DNA of 64,000 nucleotides. Source: Torpedo marmorata. Its lineage: Eukaryota. The stretch's first letter is position 1. The number at the start of each line of letters is the position of its first letter. The DNA is taken from positions 14,198,001-14,262,000 of the forward strand of contig OZ360240.1 in the NCBI GenBank assembly GCA_977017645.1. Direction: 5' to 3'. The notes under the pieces were generated by a model. That model worked only from the letters and a program-made list of their open reading frames with translations. It was not told the DNA's origin and made no database searches. Below, piece by piece: positions 1 to 11,426 of the stretch. The position numbers and the translations under genes were made by a program.

Positions 1-204
1 TACAGGATACAGTTCATCAATGCCACAGCCTGTGGGAAGAAGCTATTTCCCAGCCTGGCAGTCCTTAATTTGATGCTCCGGTAACTCCTTCTTGGTGGTA
101 GTGGAAATTAATACAAGGAATACTCAACTTAGAAGTTATTGTTAGTTCTGAGTTAGTGCATCGGTATCATTTTTTTGTACAAATAAAAAGTTAAAGAATC
201 TTAC

Positions 205-239
205 TTCAATGATAACCTTGATGGACCAAACTCCATACC
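205..239 (-). CDS. BAIAP2: BAIAP2/IRSp53 coding exon (~exon 13), GMEFGPSRLSL
   Basis: 35-bp segment with ccag| acceptor and |gtaaga donor; phase 0 follows ...PGFSQ; resembles human GLDDYGARSMS exon. Confidence 0.8.
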
Positions 240-1669
240 CTGGAAAGAACAAGACAAATCATTAATGGAATGCCACTAGATGTTGACATCAATGCTTACA
301 ATTTATTCATTTGCAAATATACAGCATTACCAACATTCATTAATAATGAATCAGAACTGGCATTAAATTCCCCAAAGCTCAAAATTGCTTCAGCTTTCAT
401 ATTGTGCAACCCATCCACCACATAAACACACTGTCCAGTTTTCAAACATAAAGTCCTTACAACAGTAATGTGGTGTGGGACCAGTTCATTTCTTTCAGTT
501 TCGACAAATATTGTCTAGAATACGAGGAGGGCTCGTGACTATTTCGTGTCAATGGCCTTTTAGGTCTATCTGACTAGGCTGGCAGGAGTCACTGATACAA
601 GTTGTTGCCTAAATACACAATAAGCTTATGACCTAGAAACATAGATTAAGAGGTTTGCGCAGTGTATGGCTCCACTGTAAGAGATTACTAGGTTGTAATT
701 AAAGCCTCAAATTTCAGCTTGAATCTCATGCCAATTTGTTTGAAACCCAGCTACAAACAATTTAATCTCCTGCTAGATTATATATTACTGATTCAATAAC
801 TTTGCTCTTTAGATGACAATCATTGAGGAGCAAATCCTCTAGGCAAGTACACTGTTTGAAGAGTGACTGAAGATGATGTTTGTTATTTTAGTTCTTTTTA
901 AAGAAAAGAGCTGCAAGAAAATAAAAAGCATTTGATGTTTTTAATTAAGTCTCTCTATTTGTCTACATTTACATATGCATTAATGCACATCAAAACAAGA
1001 GTTTCTTGTTAGATGACATGTTATAATATAAATGAAACTTGCTCTTTTAAAATTTCAGAAATATATCATCAAGATCAGTTGCTTTTTTCCCCACCAACAC
1101 ATTATAAAATTATCAAGGAGAGCAAAAAGCTACCTCTGTTTGGACAACAAACTTTCCTCCCCAAGTTACAAAATGACTGCAGTTAACTAAACAAAATTAC
1201 TGTTCAGGCTAGTAGCTGCTGAATTTTAATGAAGGGGCGGTGGCAGCAAGCCCACCCCATTCTACTGTGAACAAAGAGCAGTGAAAATCTCTCCCTCAAA
1301 ATGTTGAGGACACTGGGCCAGTTGAAAATTTCAAACTTGGGGCACTTTTTAAAAAAAAAAACAGTTTTAAAGGATACAGCTCCAAGCAGGTGTTTGGGAT
1401 TAAGCCATGATCACCTTGAATGGCAGAACAGACGAGGAACTGAATGGCTTTTTAATTTATTAATTCATAAGACGTAAATATTGTCATTATTTGCCCTGTC
1501 TTGAGAAGGCAGTTAACAGTCATCTCCGTTATTGGATATGGAGTCACATACTGGCTGGGCCAAGTAAGGTTAAATTTCTTTTCTTCAAGTACTTCAGTGA
1601 ACCAGATGAGTTTTTACAAAATCTGTTTGAGACTAGCATTTTTTTAAAAAAAATTAATCGACAATTATT

Positions 1670-1980
1670 TAGAACCATAGAACATTACAGCACAGAAACA
1701 GGCCCCTTGGCCCTTCTACTCTGTGCTGAACTATTTTTCTGCCAAGTCCCACTGACCTACACCCAGTCCATAGCCCTCCACACCCCTCCCATCCATGTAC
1801 CTGTCCAAATTTTTCTTAAATGTTAAAATTGAGGCCGCATTCACCACTTCAGCTCATTCCACACTCTCACCACTCTGTGTGAAGAAGTTCCCTCTAATGT
1901 TCCCTTTAAATTTTTCCCCTTTCACCCTTAACCCATGTCCTCTAGTTTTTAGCTTACCCAATCTCAGTGGAAAAAGCTAT
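1670..1980 (-). mobile_element. CR1-type LINE 3' fragment
   Basis: Matches recalled chondrichthyan CR1 3' end (ccatagaacattacagcacagaaacaggccc...ctcaccactctgtgtgaagaag). Confidence 0.6.
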
Positions 1981-2049
1981 TTTTAATTTAACTTCTTGAG
2001 TTCAAGTTTTAAGGCAGCCGTGGTGTGATTCGAACTTATGCCTCTAGAT

Positions 2050-2425
2050 CAGCGGTTTTCAAACTGCCCCCATAAACTCACATTCCACCTTAAGGAATCC
2101 CTATGCCATAAGTGCTCTGTGATTGGTAAGGGATTGCTTAAGGTGGTATGTGAGTGGGAAGGGAAGGTTGAGAACCATTGCTCTAGACCCAATTGTTACT
2201 GAAATATTTTGCTTGAGAAAAATTGTCATTGGCCCATTTCCTTTGGAGTTATGAAACCGTGCACATAATGAGTCAATTAGGTACGATTAAAACAGTGGTT
2301 TTCAAACTTTTTCTTTCCACTCACACACCACCTTAAGCAATCCTTTAACTAATCACAGAGCACTTATGGCATAGGGATGGCTTAAGGTGGTATGTGAGTT
2401 CAGGGGGGCAGTTTGAAAACCACTG
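2050..2425. mobile_element. hAT/Charlie-like composite MITE (376 bp)
   Basis: TIR CAG(C/T)GGTTTTCAAACTGCCCCC; perfect 8-bp TSD ctctagat (2042-2049, 2426-2433). Confidence 0.9.
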
Positions 2426-2690
2426 CTCTAGATGAATGACCCAGATCTCAGACAACCACTACACTCCCCAGTTCCATTGTCCTTTTATCTCTGTAAAATT
2501 ACATTTGATTATTCTGTTATTTTAAATACAAAGCCTAAATTTAAATTAATTTTGCCATATGCCGCCGAGTTTTTTGCCCACTTTCTCCTACAGGAAATCC
2601 ATGGAATTTTAAATTGGTCCAAATGTATAATGTTTACCGATACTGTTAGTGTCAAAATTAAAATGCCCTCCAGTGTATGATTTTAAATAC

Positions 2691-2859
2691 CTGTGAAAAA
2701 CCTGGCACCACCATGCTGTAGGGTCTGAGTTTGAAAGTACTTGCAGCGGATGGAGGACGAGAAGTCATTCTTAAAGGAGAGTTGTAGTCAGGTGGAGGAA
2801 TGGAAAGATCTTCTTTCTGTAGAAGGTTCCCTGTGCTGCTGCTTTTTGTGTGGTTCAAA
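2691..2859 (-). CDS. BAIAP2: BAIAP2 exon (~exon 12), LNHTKSSSTGNLLQKEDLSIPPPDY...PYSMVVPGFSQ
   Basis: 169 bp, tag|...|gtattt; KSSSTGNLL and PPPDY WW-binding motif typical of IRSp53. Confidence 0.95.
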
Positions 2860-2960
2860 CTACAGGCAGAAACAGGGACACACAAGTTAAAACCAGTTTA
2901 TTCATCAAGCATGTGCCCTTTTTAAAGTAAAGTCAGTGAAGGAAAGCAACAAACAGAATA

Positions 2961-3487
2961 AGGTTGAGTACCCCTTATCCGAAGTTCCAAAATCCGAAAT
3001 GCTCCAAAATCCGAAACTTTTTGAGCGCTGACGTGACACCATAAGTGGGCGCCAGTTTGTTACCAACCATCGTCACCACCACACCTACGTGCATTACTCA
3101 CTGTTTTTTGCCATCCAGCAGAATATCTAGTATTTGGTGCTGCATTTATCTTCTTTTGTAAGCAGAGATCAAGTTTTTTTTGGTAAGTACAAAACTTTAT
3201 TTTCATGTGAAATCTGAAATTCATCTCCACCTAAAATGCCATGTTTGAGTGTAACATGACCAGCAACATTATTGTGTTGAAAAAAATAAAATACAGTGTA
3301 NNNNNNNNNNNNNNNNNNNNNNNNNNNNNNNNNNNNNNNNNNNNNNNNNNNNNNNNNNNNNNNNNNNNNNNNNNNNNNNNNNNNNNNNNNNNNNNNNNNN
3401 NNNNNNNNNNNNNNNNNNNNNNNNNNNNNNNNNNNNNNNNNNNNNNNNNNNNNNNNNNNNNNNNNNNNNNNNGGGGTACTCGACCTG
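2961..3487. mobile_element. Tigger/pogo-family non-autonomous DNA transposon (Tigger4/Zombi-like), spans an N gap
   Basis: TA-flanked TIR aggttgagtacccc / ggggtactcgacctg; repeated tccgaa motifs. Confidence 0.75.
3301..3472. other. Assembly gap (N run)
   Basis: 172 N bases. Confidence 1.
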
Positions 3488-3675
3488 TATTTGAAATACA
3501 AAAGGGTTGATGCCGAACATTCAAACATACAATTGTCCTCATGAAGTCCATCACAGAAGTTGGATCCTGACCATCTGCTCAAGACTTGGCCTGATCACAA
3601 ATAATTAGGGTGACATGATGTGCAATACTGAGGAAGTGTGGCATGGTTTCAGATGTCCTTTTGCATTTAAGACTT

Positions 3676-3965
3676 AGGGTGACATGGTTAGCGTCGCAGT
3701 TAGTGCAATGCTATTACAGTACCAGCGACCCAAGTTCGAATCCGGCGCTGTCTGTAAGGAGTTTGTACCTTCTCCTCCTGTCAGCGTGGGTTTCCTCCGG
3801 GTGCTCCGGTTTCCTCCCACCCTTCAAAACTTACCGGCGGCTGTAAGTTAATTGGGGTATTTGGGCAGCATGGGCTTGTGGGCTGGAAGGGCCTGTTACT
3901 GTGCTGCATGTGTAAATTTAAAAATTAAAATAAAATAAAATTTTAAAAATAATTTAAAATATTAA
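3676..3965 (+). mobile_element. tRNA-derived V-SINE (HE1-like)
   Basis: tRNA-like head, V-domain gtgggtttcctccgggtgctccggtttcctcccac, AT-rich tail. Confidence 0.85.
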
Positions 3966-4349
3966 ACGGGTTGCTTCTGCTCCCTCTAGTGGAGATTTTT
4001 AAAAATGCCATGACATTATACCAAGTCACAGCCAATAATCATCCTTCACCACTAATTGGACTGGATCAACTGCTTAATTGGCTGTGCCACTCAACACCAC
4101 CTGGAGTTAAAATTGCCCACCGTTTATGATGGTTTTTTAAAAAATTCAAAAAAACACTTCTCTAATCTTGCATCAGAACAATTTCAATGGGAATTGTGGA
4201 CAGGCAGACATGAAACAATGGGCTGCCAAGTTCTATTTTCTCCAAAAAAAAATTGTGTAATTTATTGCTGGGAGTTGTTGCATTTTTAGATGTTTTTAGT
4301 GTATTTTAATGAGATTTTAAATATAATTCGATCTATGTTAAATGGTCTT

Positions 4350-4720
4350 ACATCACCCTGGACTCCACCTCTTCTCGCTGCTACCTTCGGGAGAAGGCAC
4401 AGGAGCCCAGTCCAGCACCTCTAGGTTCAAGAACAGTTTTGTTCCCCCAAAGACAGGTTCTTGATCCTCTCCTTACTACCCAAATCATAAACTACTCTGA
4501 TGCTGCAAAAAGGCCTGTCTGCACTTGTGAAACATACTTTTTTTTTCTTGCATTACTGCGACTGAATATTATCTATCTTTTATATTTATAATCTCCTTCT
4601 GTCTAATAATTTAATGGAATTAAATTATTTTTTAATTTTTTTAACCAAGTACCTGTAAGAATGTACCTGCAAGTACGAATTTTGGTTGAACATGTGTATG
4701 ACGATAAACTTAACATCATT
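4350..4720 (+). mobile_element. Rex1/Babar LINE 3' fragment
   Basis: Similar to the 3' region of the element at 57617-58349. Confidence 0.55.
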
Positions 4721-6051
4721 ATCAAATAGTTTAAATCATATTTAGACATTTTAAAAAAATGTCTAAATAATGTTTTATTTTACAATTAGGAGGTTGGTTT
4801 ATTTAGATAATCACAACGAATATGTTTCAATATTAGAATATGAGGTGAAGTTCTCAAAGGATTTTCTATTTTATTCGAGTATTGTGTATAAGACAATATA
4901 CAAATCATATGATTCATATTCTGCATTGTATTATATAAAAGTTATGTAACTAATATCTAAACAATATATAACGTAATATTTCTCTCGACCAAATTAATAA
5001 AAATCTTTTTAAAAGAAAAAAATTATGAAAACATCCTATACTCATGGCGAGCAAAACTGGGGAGCATCAATCCATTCTGAGGCATTTGAGAGGAAGAGAT
5101 TCCTCCATACATTGACAGAGGACAGGTTGCAAGGCCAGGAAGTAAGGATGCATCAGCCAGCAAGACACAAGCCTATACTGATGCAGAAGGAGAACAGGAC
5201 TTGGTCCCCGACCTGGTTATTAACATACTTTACAATTATGGGGGTTTGATATGTGCAAAATGGCTGCCATGTGTCTTACATTATAATGGTAGTTGTCCCT
5301 TCTTACTTGGTTTGTCCCTTATGACCTTACTGCTAGTAAAGTACCATCCCCCAGGTTGTGAAAAGTACTATACACATGCAAACTTTCCTATTTAAAACTG
5401 GATTTTTACAGCAGACAAAGGGATTGAGTTAATGCCTTCAGTTCACTTTCCAGCCTGAATCCCTGATCAACAAGAAAAAGAACCACGCAAGTGCACCACA
5501 TAATCGAAAGCAATGGCAGATCACTTCCATGCTCTTGAAGTCAACTTTCCTACAATTATTCTTTTTGTAATCTAGGCTGTTACCAAGGAGGATAATTTCC
5601 ACAGCAAGTCTCAAGTTATTTGGTTAAAAAAAAAACACACTTTTAAAAATAAGGGATGCTCAAGTTGAAACAACAGCTAATCAACAGCACAGGAAGAAAT
5701 TGCTAAAACAGATTCTAGGTATCAAGAGATGTAAAGGACTGGAAGATGCATTAAGAGAACAAACTTGCAGGTACCTTAGCATGAAAATCATCAGTGGCTC
5801 AATTTATACAACACTGGCACTAACATGTTGTCCCACCACATTACCAGACCCTGTTCATTTGTCTGAGCATCTGATAAAGTTTCCAGAATATTATTTATCT
5901 GACTATAAGGGATGTTTGTTCAGGAAGAGTGCCAAGATGGTGAAAAATAGTCCCATCTTAGCCACCTAGTGCAGTGTCAATCGAGTTAAACTAATCATCA
6001 AACTAAACCATTTGGTAACTTGATAATCTAGCATAATAAGCATATCAAAAT

Positions 6052-6323
6052 ATAAATTAAATTAAAATTTTAAATTTTGACATACAGCACTGTAACAGGC
6101 CATTTTGGCCCTACGAGTTCGTGCCGCCCAATTTACACCCCATTAACCTACACCCTGGTACATTTTTGAAAGGTGGGAGGAAACCGGAGCCCCCAGAGAA
6201 AACCCATGCAGACATGGGGAGAACGTACAAACTCCTTACAGACAGCGCGGGATTTGAACCCAGGTCCAGTCCCGATCGCTGGCGCTGTAAAGGCGTTACG
6301 CTAACCGCTACGCCAACCGTGCC
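6052..6323 (-). mobile_element. Full-length V-SINE
   Basis: Head ggcacggttggcgtagcggttagc, V-domain, (aaatt)n-like tail. Confidence 0.9.
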
Positions 6324-6441
6324 GGTTCCATTATTGTCACGTAATACTACATTTATAATGTAACATACATGAAATTCTTTAACTTTGTCTACCGTAAGGA
6401 AGACAGAGAGTCGCTACTTTGTCCAGCGCCCCTCACAGAAA
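6324..6441 (-). mobile_element. SINE 3' tail shared with the 5S-derived SINEs
   Basis: Near-identical to the tails of the copies at 28.7, 29.6, 36.1 and 56.8 kb. Confidence 0.9.
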
Positions 6442-6443
6442 TG

Positions 6444-6516
6444 AGGCCCCAGCGAGGAACGAACTCGCAACCCCTGGTTTACAAGACCAGTGCTCTAACC
6501 ACTGAGCTATGGAGCC
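6444..6516 (-). tRNA. tRNA-Thr(UGU) copy, probably retroposed, serving as the head of a SINE-like chimera
   Basis: GGCTCCATAGCTCAGTGGTTAGAGCACTGGTCTTGTAAACCAGGGGTTGCGAGTTCGTTCCTCGCTGGGGCCT folds into a full cloverleaf with anticodon TGT; A58 replaced by T. Confidence 0.9.
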
Positions 6517-7164
6517 ATCTCATTAAATCAACAATTACGTAAAAGAAACCATTTAACACAGATTTATGTTTTTAAAATGATGAATAACTTTTGAATGTAG
6601 CTAAAATAGTCCAATTCCTATATTGTCTCAATCTACTTGATTAAATTTAAATGGCACTTGGACAATAAAGGTGACATGATATTTTCAGCATCAAATAATT
6701 CCCAAGAATTTAGCTTGACACATCTTCTAATAGTTATCTGACACATAACAGATGATCATTTATACAACAGTCACAGAGTGCAGCAAATATGGGTTTAATT
6801 CGAGCAATGAAACAAAATGGACAGATTGTCAATCACAGCAGAAGAGGCACAGGCTCAGTGCCAAGGATCATACTAGTTCAAAAATAGGGCAAGGTAAAAG
6901 AGTAAACAACTTTCACCTGCTTCTAGATCCACCATATACGTGAATTACAAGCTATTTTTCTTTTAATCATCAAAAAAGTTTTAATCAAGTGCTTTGAAAA
7001 ACATTTATAAAGGCAACTTGAACAAATATCCACAAAGAAATTGTTTAAGGTGGATGTCGCAGACCCTGTTAAAATGACTTTGAGAGTTCATTGAGGCGGA
7101 TGTAACACACATGTTAAAAAGGCATTGAAATGTCACGACGTGGACATAATAGATCTAAAAGTAG

Positions 7165-7325
7165 AGACACGAGACTGAAGACACTGTAATCTGGAGCAAG
7201 AAAAATTGCTGGAGAAACTCAGTGGATCAGGCCACCTCAGTGGAGGATGAGGGAGGGAGATGATTGAGGTTTTGGGTTGAGGCACCACCCAAGCCGCTGA
7301 GCTCCTCCAGCAGTTTGTTTTGGCC
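7165..7325. mobile_element. Degenerate Penelope-derived terminal repeat
   Basis: tgctggagaaactcag ... ctgagctcctccagca inverted motif shared with the 63.5 kb element. Confidence 0.55.
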
Positions 7326-8014
7326 CTAAAGTTGTAGCAGACAAAGTTGGAATAGGGGATCAGGAGCATTGAGGATGAGACTTTTTTTAAGCAGATAATC
7401 ACATTAAAAATAGGACAGAAATTTCAGACAAGCGACACAAGTTAATTACTTAGCACAGAAGCCACAGCCCTCATCATTTTCTTGCAAATTTAAGTCTTAA
7501 ACTTGACTTCTGCACCATCAGCCACACTAGGAACGGAGCCAATTAAGAGGGTGTGGTGGGAGTGGAAAATTACCCAGAGAATAGATTGAACTGGAAAATT
7601 AAATCTCAAAGTGAGTGGATTATTCATCCAATCCATGAAGTGGACAGCTGCGAATAAAAAACAATTAAATGTAATGTTTCATTATCAGGATCAGTACAAC
7701 CATGAAGTTTAATTATCAGTAATAATGTCGGCACAGTTAATGTGTTGTGACTTAGAGAAATCAGATGCATCTGTTATGCTCTGCACAATATTCAGCAGCA
7801 CATAATAAAAAAAAAAGGCCTTCTCCAGGAAAGAATGCCAATTTTCATTGATTTTGGGTTTCAAGAGGAAGCGTATTGGACATCTCTGGACAATTAATGA
7901 TGTAAAATATGGATAAAGTGGAGGCACCAGGAAAAACCTACGTCAGGGCAGGTGCGGAGAAAATTAAGAAAAATATCACATCTCCAAAGATGACATTTTT
8001 AAATAGCCACTTAC

Positions 8015-8071
8015 TTGTGTAAAAGTCCACTTTGTATTATACGAGTGTAAGAGAATGGAAACCATCCACGC
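8015..8071 (-). CDS. BAIAP2: BAIAP2 exon (~exon 11), end of SH3: RGWFPFSYTRIIQSGLLH
   Basis: 57 bp, tag|...|gtaagt; RGWFPFSYTR as in IRSp53 SH3; phases compatible with neighbours. Confidence 0.95.
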
Positions 8072-8254
8072 CTAGAGATAGAATGACAGAGTCATTGGAT
8101 CATATAATGTAACACTGAATAAAAAATATCAACAACTTCTAATGTGGGCAAGCAACAATCAAGTTGATAATTCTGCAGTGCACAGAGATATTGGACTTTA
8201 ATGGAGAAAAAATTGACTTACAAAGACGTTAATGCACAGTACATGATTACTTAC

Positions 8255-8456
8255 AACCGCGTCTTTTCATTCTCGCCATAATGCCAGCCATCCTTGGCCT
8301 CCGGAACCAACAATGTGATGACATCGCCTTCACTGAAACTTAGCAGTGTACTGTTGCCTCCTGCCTGATGCGAAAAAATAGATTGTACTTTGGTTCTTCC
8401 ATTCTTTTCTAACCCAGCAGCCATTGAGCTTGATCGGGGTAATGTCCGGTTTTCAG
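8255..8456 (-). CDS. BAIAP2: BAIAP2 exon (~exon 10), SH3 domain
   Basis: 202 bp, cag|...|gtaagt; ENRTLPRSSSMAAGLEKNGRTKVQSIFSHQAGGNSTLLSFSEGDVITLLVPEAKDGWHYGENEKT. Confidence 0.97.
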
Positions 8457-8844
8457 CTGAATAGTGAAACAAACCAATATCACAAAGGGTACAAAAGTAA
8501 ACAAACAGTCTCTCGCATTTACAGAGTTTGTCAGGTAGAAGCCAATAGACTGTTTCCTCCCGCTGTAGTCCATTAAAGACAGTCAAGAAAACCTTTCTTT
8601 ACAGAGGATTTGGGATTCTCTATTGTTTAGTGTATTCAAAACCGAGACTGGTAGACCTTTGGACATCTATAGACTTCCAGGTTTTAGGCATCAGACAGGA
8701 AAATAGAAGCAGTAGGGACATATTGGAAAATATGCTGCAATTTATAGAAGAGATATGTTCAGTAGTACTGTATTAATGTGCTTTAATCCATAATTAAAAC
8801 TTCATTAATACAGTGCTACTGAACATCTTCATTTTTAGGTCCAC

Positions 8845-9235
8845 CTATTTAATGATAACAAGATTATTGTCATACACACAAGTACAATGTACATATTCAG
8901 CAAAATTCTTAATTGCTGCAGCCAGAAAGGTGCTTCGTAAAAGAAAGACTCCAACTTAAATGATCATGTCGAAGGAGATTAATAAAGTTACAATAATGCA
9001 AGAAAATAAGTGGCATTACGATAGTGCAGACAAGTCTTTTTGTGGTGCCAGAGTGGTTTATGATTATAGTTGTAAGGGGAGGTTCAAGAACCTGATAGCC
9101 TTTGGGGACCAAACTTTTCTTGAACCCAGAGGTGCTGGACTTCAGGATTCTGTGTGGGTGATGGGAGTCCTTTAGGATGTTGGCTGCCATCTTGAAGCAG
9201 TGCCTCACATCGATACCTTCAATTGATGGGAGGTA
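8845..9235 (-). mobile_element. Rex1/Babar LINE 3' fragment
   Basis: ORF remnant LPSIEGIDVRHCFKMAANILKDSHHP. Confidence 0.7.
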
Positions 9236-9889
9236 ACATGCAATTTTAGAATTGCAAGAGTTAAGCACCACCTCAGTGAACTTTAACTGAGCATAAAGAT
9301 ATCAGAAGTACTGTCATTCATATCAATACCACTGCTTGAGTAGAAGTGTTATTTATCTGTTATTTAAACTATTTCCCCAAGATGTATTCAGCAGTCTTTT
9401 GGTGAAAGTGGAGATGGCAACATCAGACAACATCTAAAATTCTTGTGATATTGGACAGTCAGCCATTGGAAAATAATTACCTCAGCATCACAACACAGTG
9501 CAGTGCAATAGAATTAAATGCAGCTATTTTTATAATGGAAAGGACCTAAAAGTTACAGTAGTGAATGATTTTAAAGTACAAATGGGATTATAATTGGACT
9601 GGTAGTGGTCTTGTGCCATAATTTAGCATTGTAAACACCACTAGATTGCCTTGCTAATTAAAGGTGACATTTCTCCCATGTAATTTCCTGACCTTGTGTG
9701 TTAAGGAAGGCAAGGGTTAAGTATATTTTGCAACCACTTTGAATCAGGTCCACACCTAGTTAAATATTTCCTATGACTAAAGAAACCTGCAAGTTAGTGC
9801 ATGACTGTTGTTCTATGTACACTTGACAACGCCGATTAAATATTTGTCCCCAGTTCCATTAGACAATGTCTAGATTATTGGTTACTCAC

Positions 9890-10091
9890 CAAACAACGGG
9901 CTGGTTTTCAAGGGCATTGCTTTGCGTGCAGGCAACGTGTTGGAATAGACATCAATTTGCTGTTTGGGAAGTTGGGGTGGTGAAGGCAGCTTTGGTTTGA
10001 CATCACGTTGAGCAGGATGCTGATGGGCCACTTGATGTGAATTGGATAGGTCACCATTAGGCACTAAAGAAACATCCTGGCCCATGATGCG
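9890..10091 (-). CDS. BAIAP2: BAIAP2 exon (~exon 9), linker with YSNTLP
   Basis: 202 bp, cag|...|gtgagt; RIMGQD...YSNTLPARKAMPLKTSPLF. Confidence 0.95.
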
Positions 10092-10589
10092 CTGAAATGA
10101 AAACAAAAAAATAATTATTTCGTCTCTTATCTTGTGTAAATAAATCTCAGCTGTTCCAAAATGCATAACTCAATTTCTTGCAGTGGTAAGGTCCAAGATC
10201 AATAGTATTCCATTACTTTCATTCAGAACAACATTTATAATGATCAGACTTCATGTCTTGCTTCACAATCATAATCCACTTTATTTATCAAATAGACAAT
10301 AGACAATATAGCAAGAATCTGGATGAAGCTTGACACATTGGAAAACTTGATACGACCCTTTCGTCACTAGTGTCCAATCAGAACAGAATAGATATACCTT
10401 TCAGTATTAGTTCAGTTAGTTAACTATACAAGCAACTTTGGATAGACATTCTTTCTCGATAAATCCAAGTACGTATCAAATCTAAAAGAAATTCTGAAGC
10501 ACTAAGACAAAAGCAGTTAATAAACATTAAACCAAATTAATTAAGTCTTGAAAGAAATCAACAGAAAGGCAACAGAGGTACCACTAATG

Positions 10590-10810
10590 CAGCCATTCTC
10601 AACATTTTTTTTGGCTATGGCCCCTTTAGGACTCTGCTCAAAGTTTATGGGCCCCCTTCCCTGTGAAGCAGTCAAGTTTACTTGGTTTCTTCTGTACTTC
10701 TTTCCTACCGACTACATAAAAAAAAGTATTATGATATCAGTCTGTGGCCCTCCCTTAAATGTTCAGTGGTCCCCAGTGGGGTGGCGTATGGCCCCTGTTG
10801 AGAATGGCTG
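10590..10810. mobile_element. hAT/Charlie-like MITE
   Basis: TIR cagccattctcaac / gttgagaatggctg; TSD cactaatg/ctctaatg (7 of 8 match). Confidence 0.8.
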
Positions 10811-11426
10811 CTCTAATGCATAGATTTTCTCTATCTTCAGTCTTCCTGGGAACAAACTGCATCGGCAGATAGCGTGAGAAAACTAGTTTATGCTTGCATT
10901 ATATTCTAATAAAAAGTATGCACAGAGTGTGCAGGCTGCAAATTAATGCAAATCCATCCTCTTGCCAATGTAGCAATATGAAATTACTTCCCTGATAGGT
11001 TTCCGTCTCAAACACTTGACGTTTGCTGTCATTTCCAAAAATTAGCTATTGGCAGGCATTATTCAAACATGATGAGGCCAGTTATTTCCCTTGCTACAGC
11101 ATTAAAGAAGCACTTGATTAAAAAAAACAAAACTGTTAGGCCAGGCCAACTGAAAGCATGTTTCATTCAGGGTAGGTAGCTCAAATAAAAGATAACTATG
11201 TTCCATTCAGATACGTCTTCTATTACTAGAGCTAAGAAGGGACTGTATGTCCAGAGAATTCACAGTAGCAATGGTGAAAGGCTGAAAAGCCTACCTACAC
11301 ATTTGTTGTTTGAATCCTGGTTCAGAACAAGTAGACTCATTACACGAGCTGCTCTAAAGTTATACATAAGAGTGGAGCACATTTGAATAGCACCCAAAGC
11401 CTATTTCTCAGGAATCCATACATCTA

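Noticed and set aside
3169-3582. ORFs with X runs
   Set aside because: Artefacts of the N gap.
6444-6516. Ordinary functional tRNA-Thr gene
   Set aside because: A58 is lost, no T4+ terminator follows immediately, and it is fused to a SINE tail; kept as a probable retrocopy.
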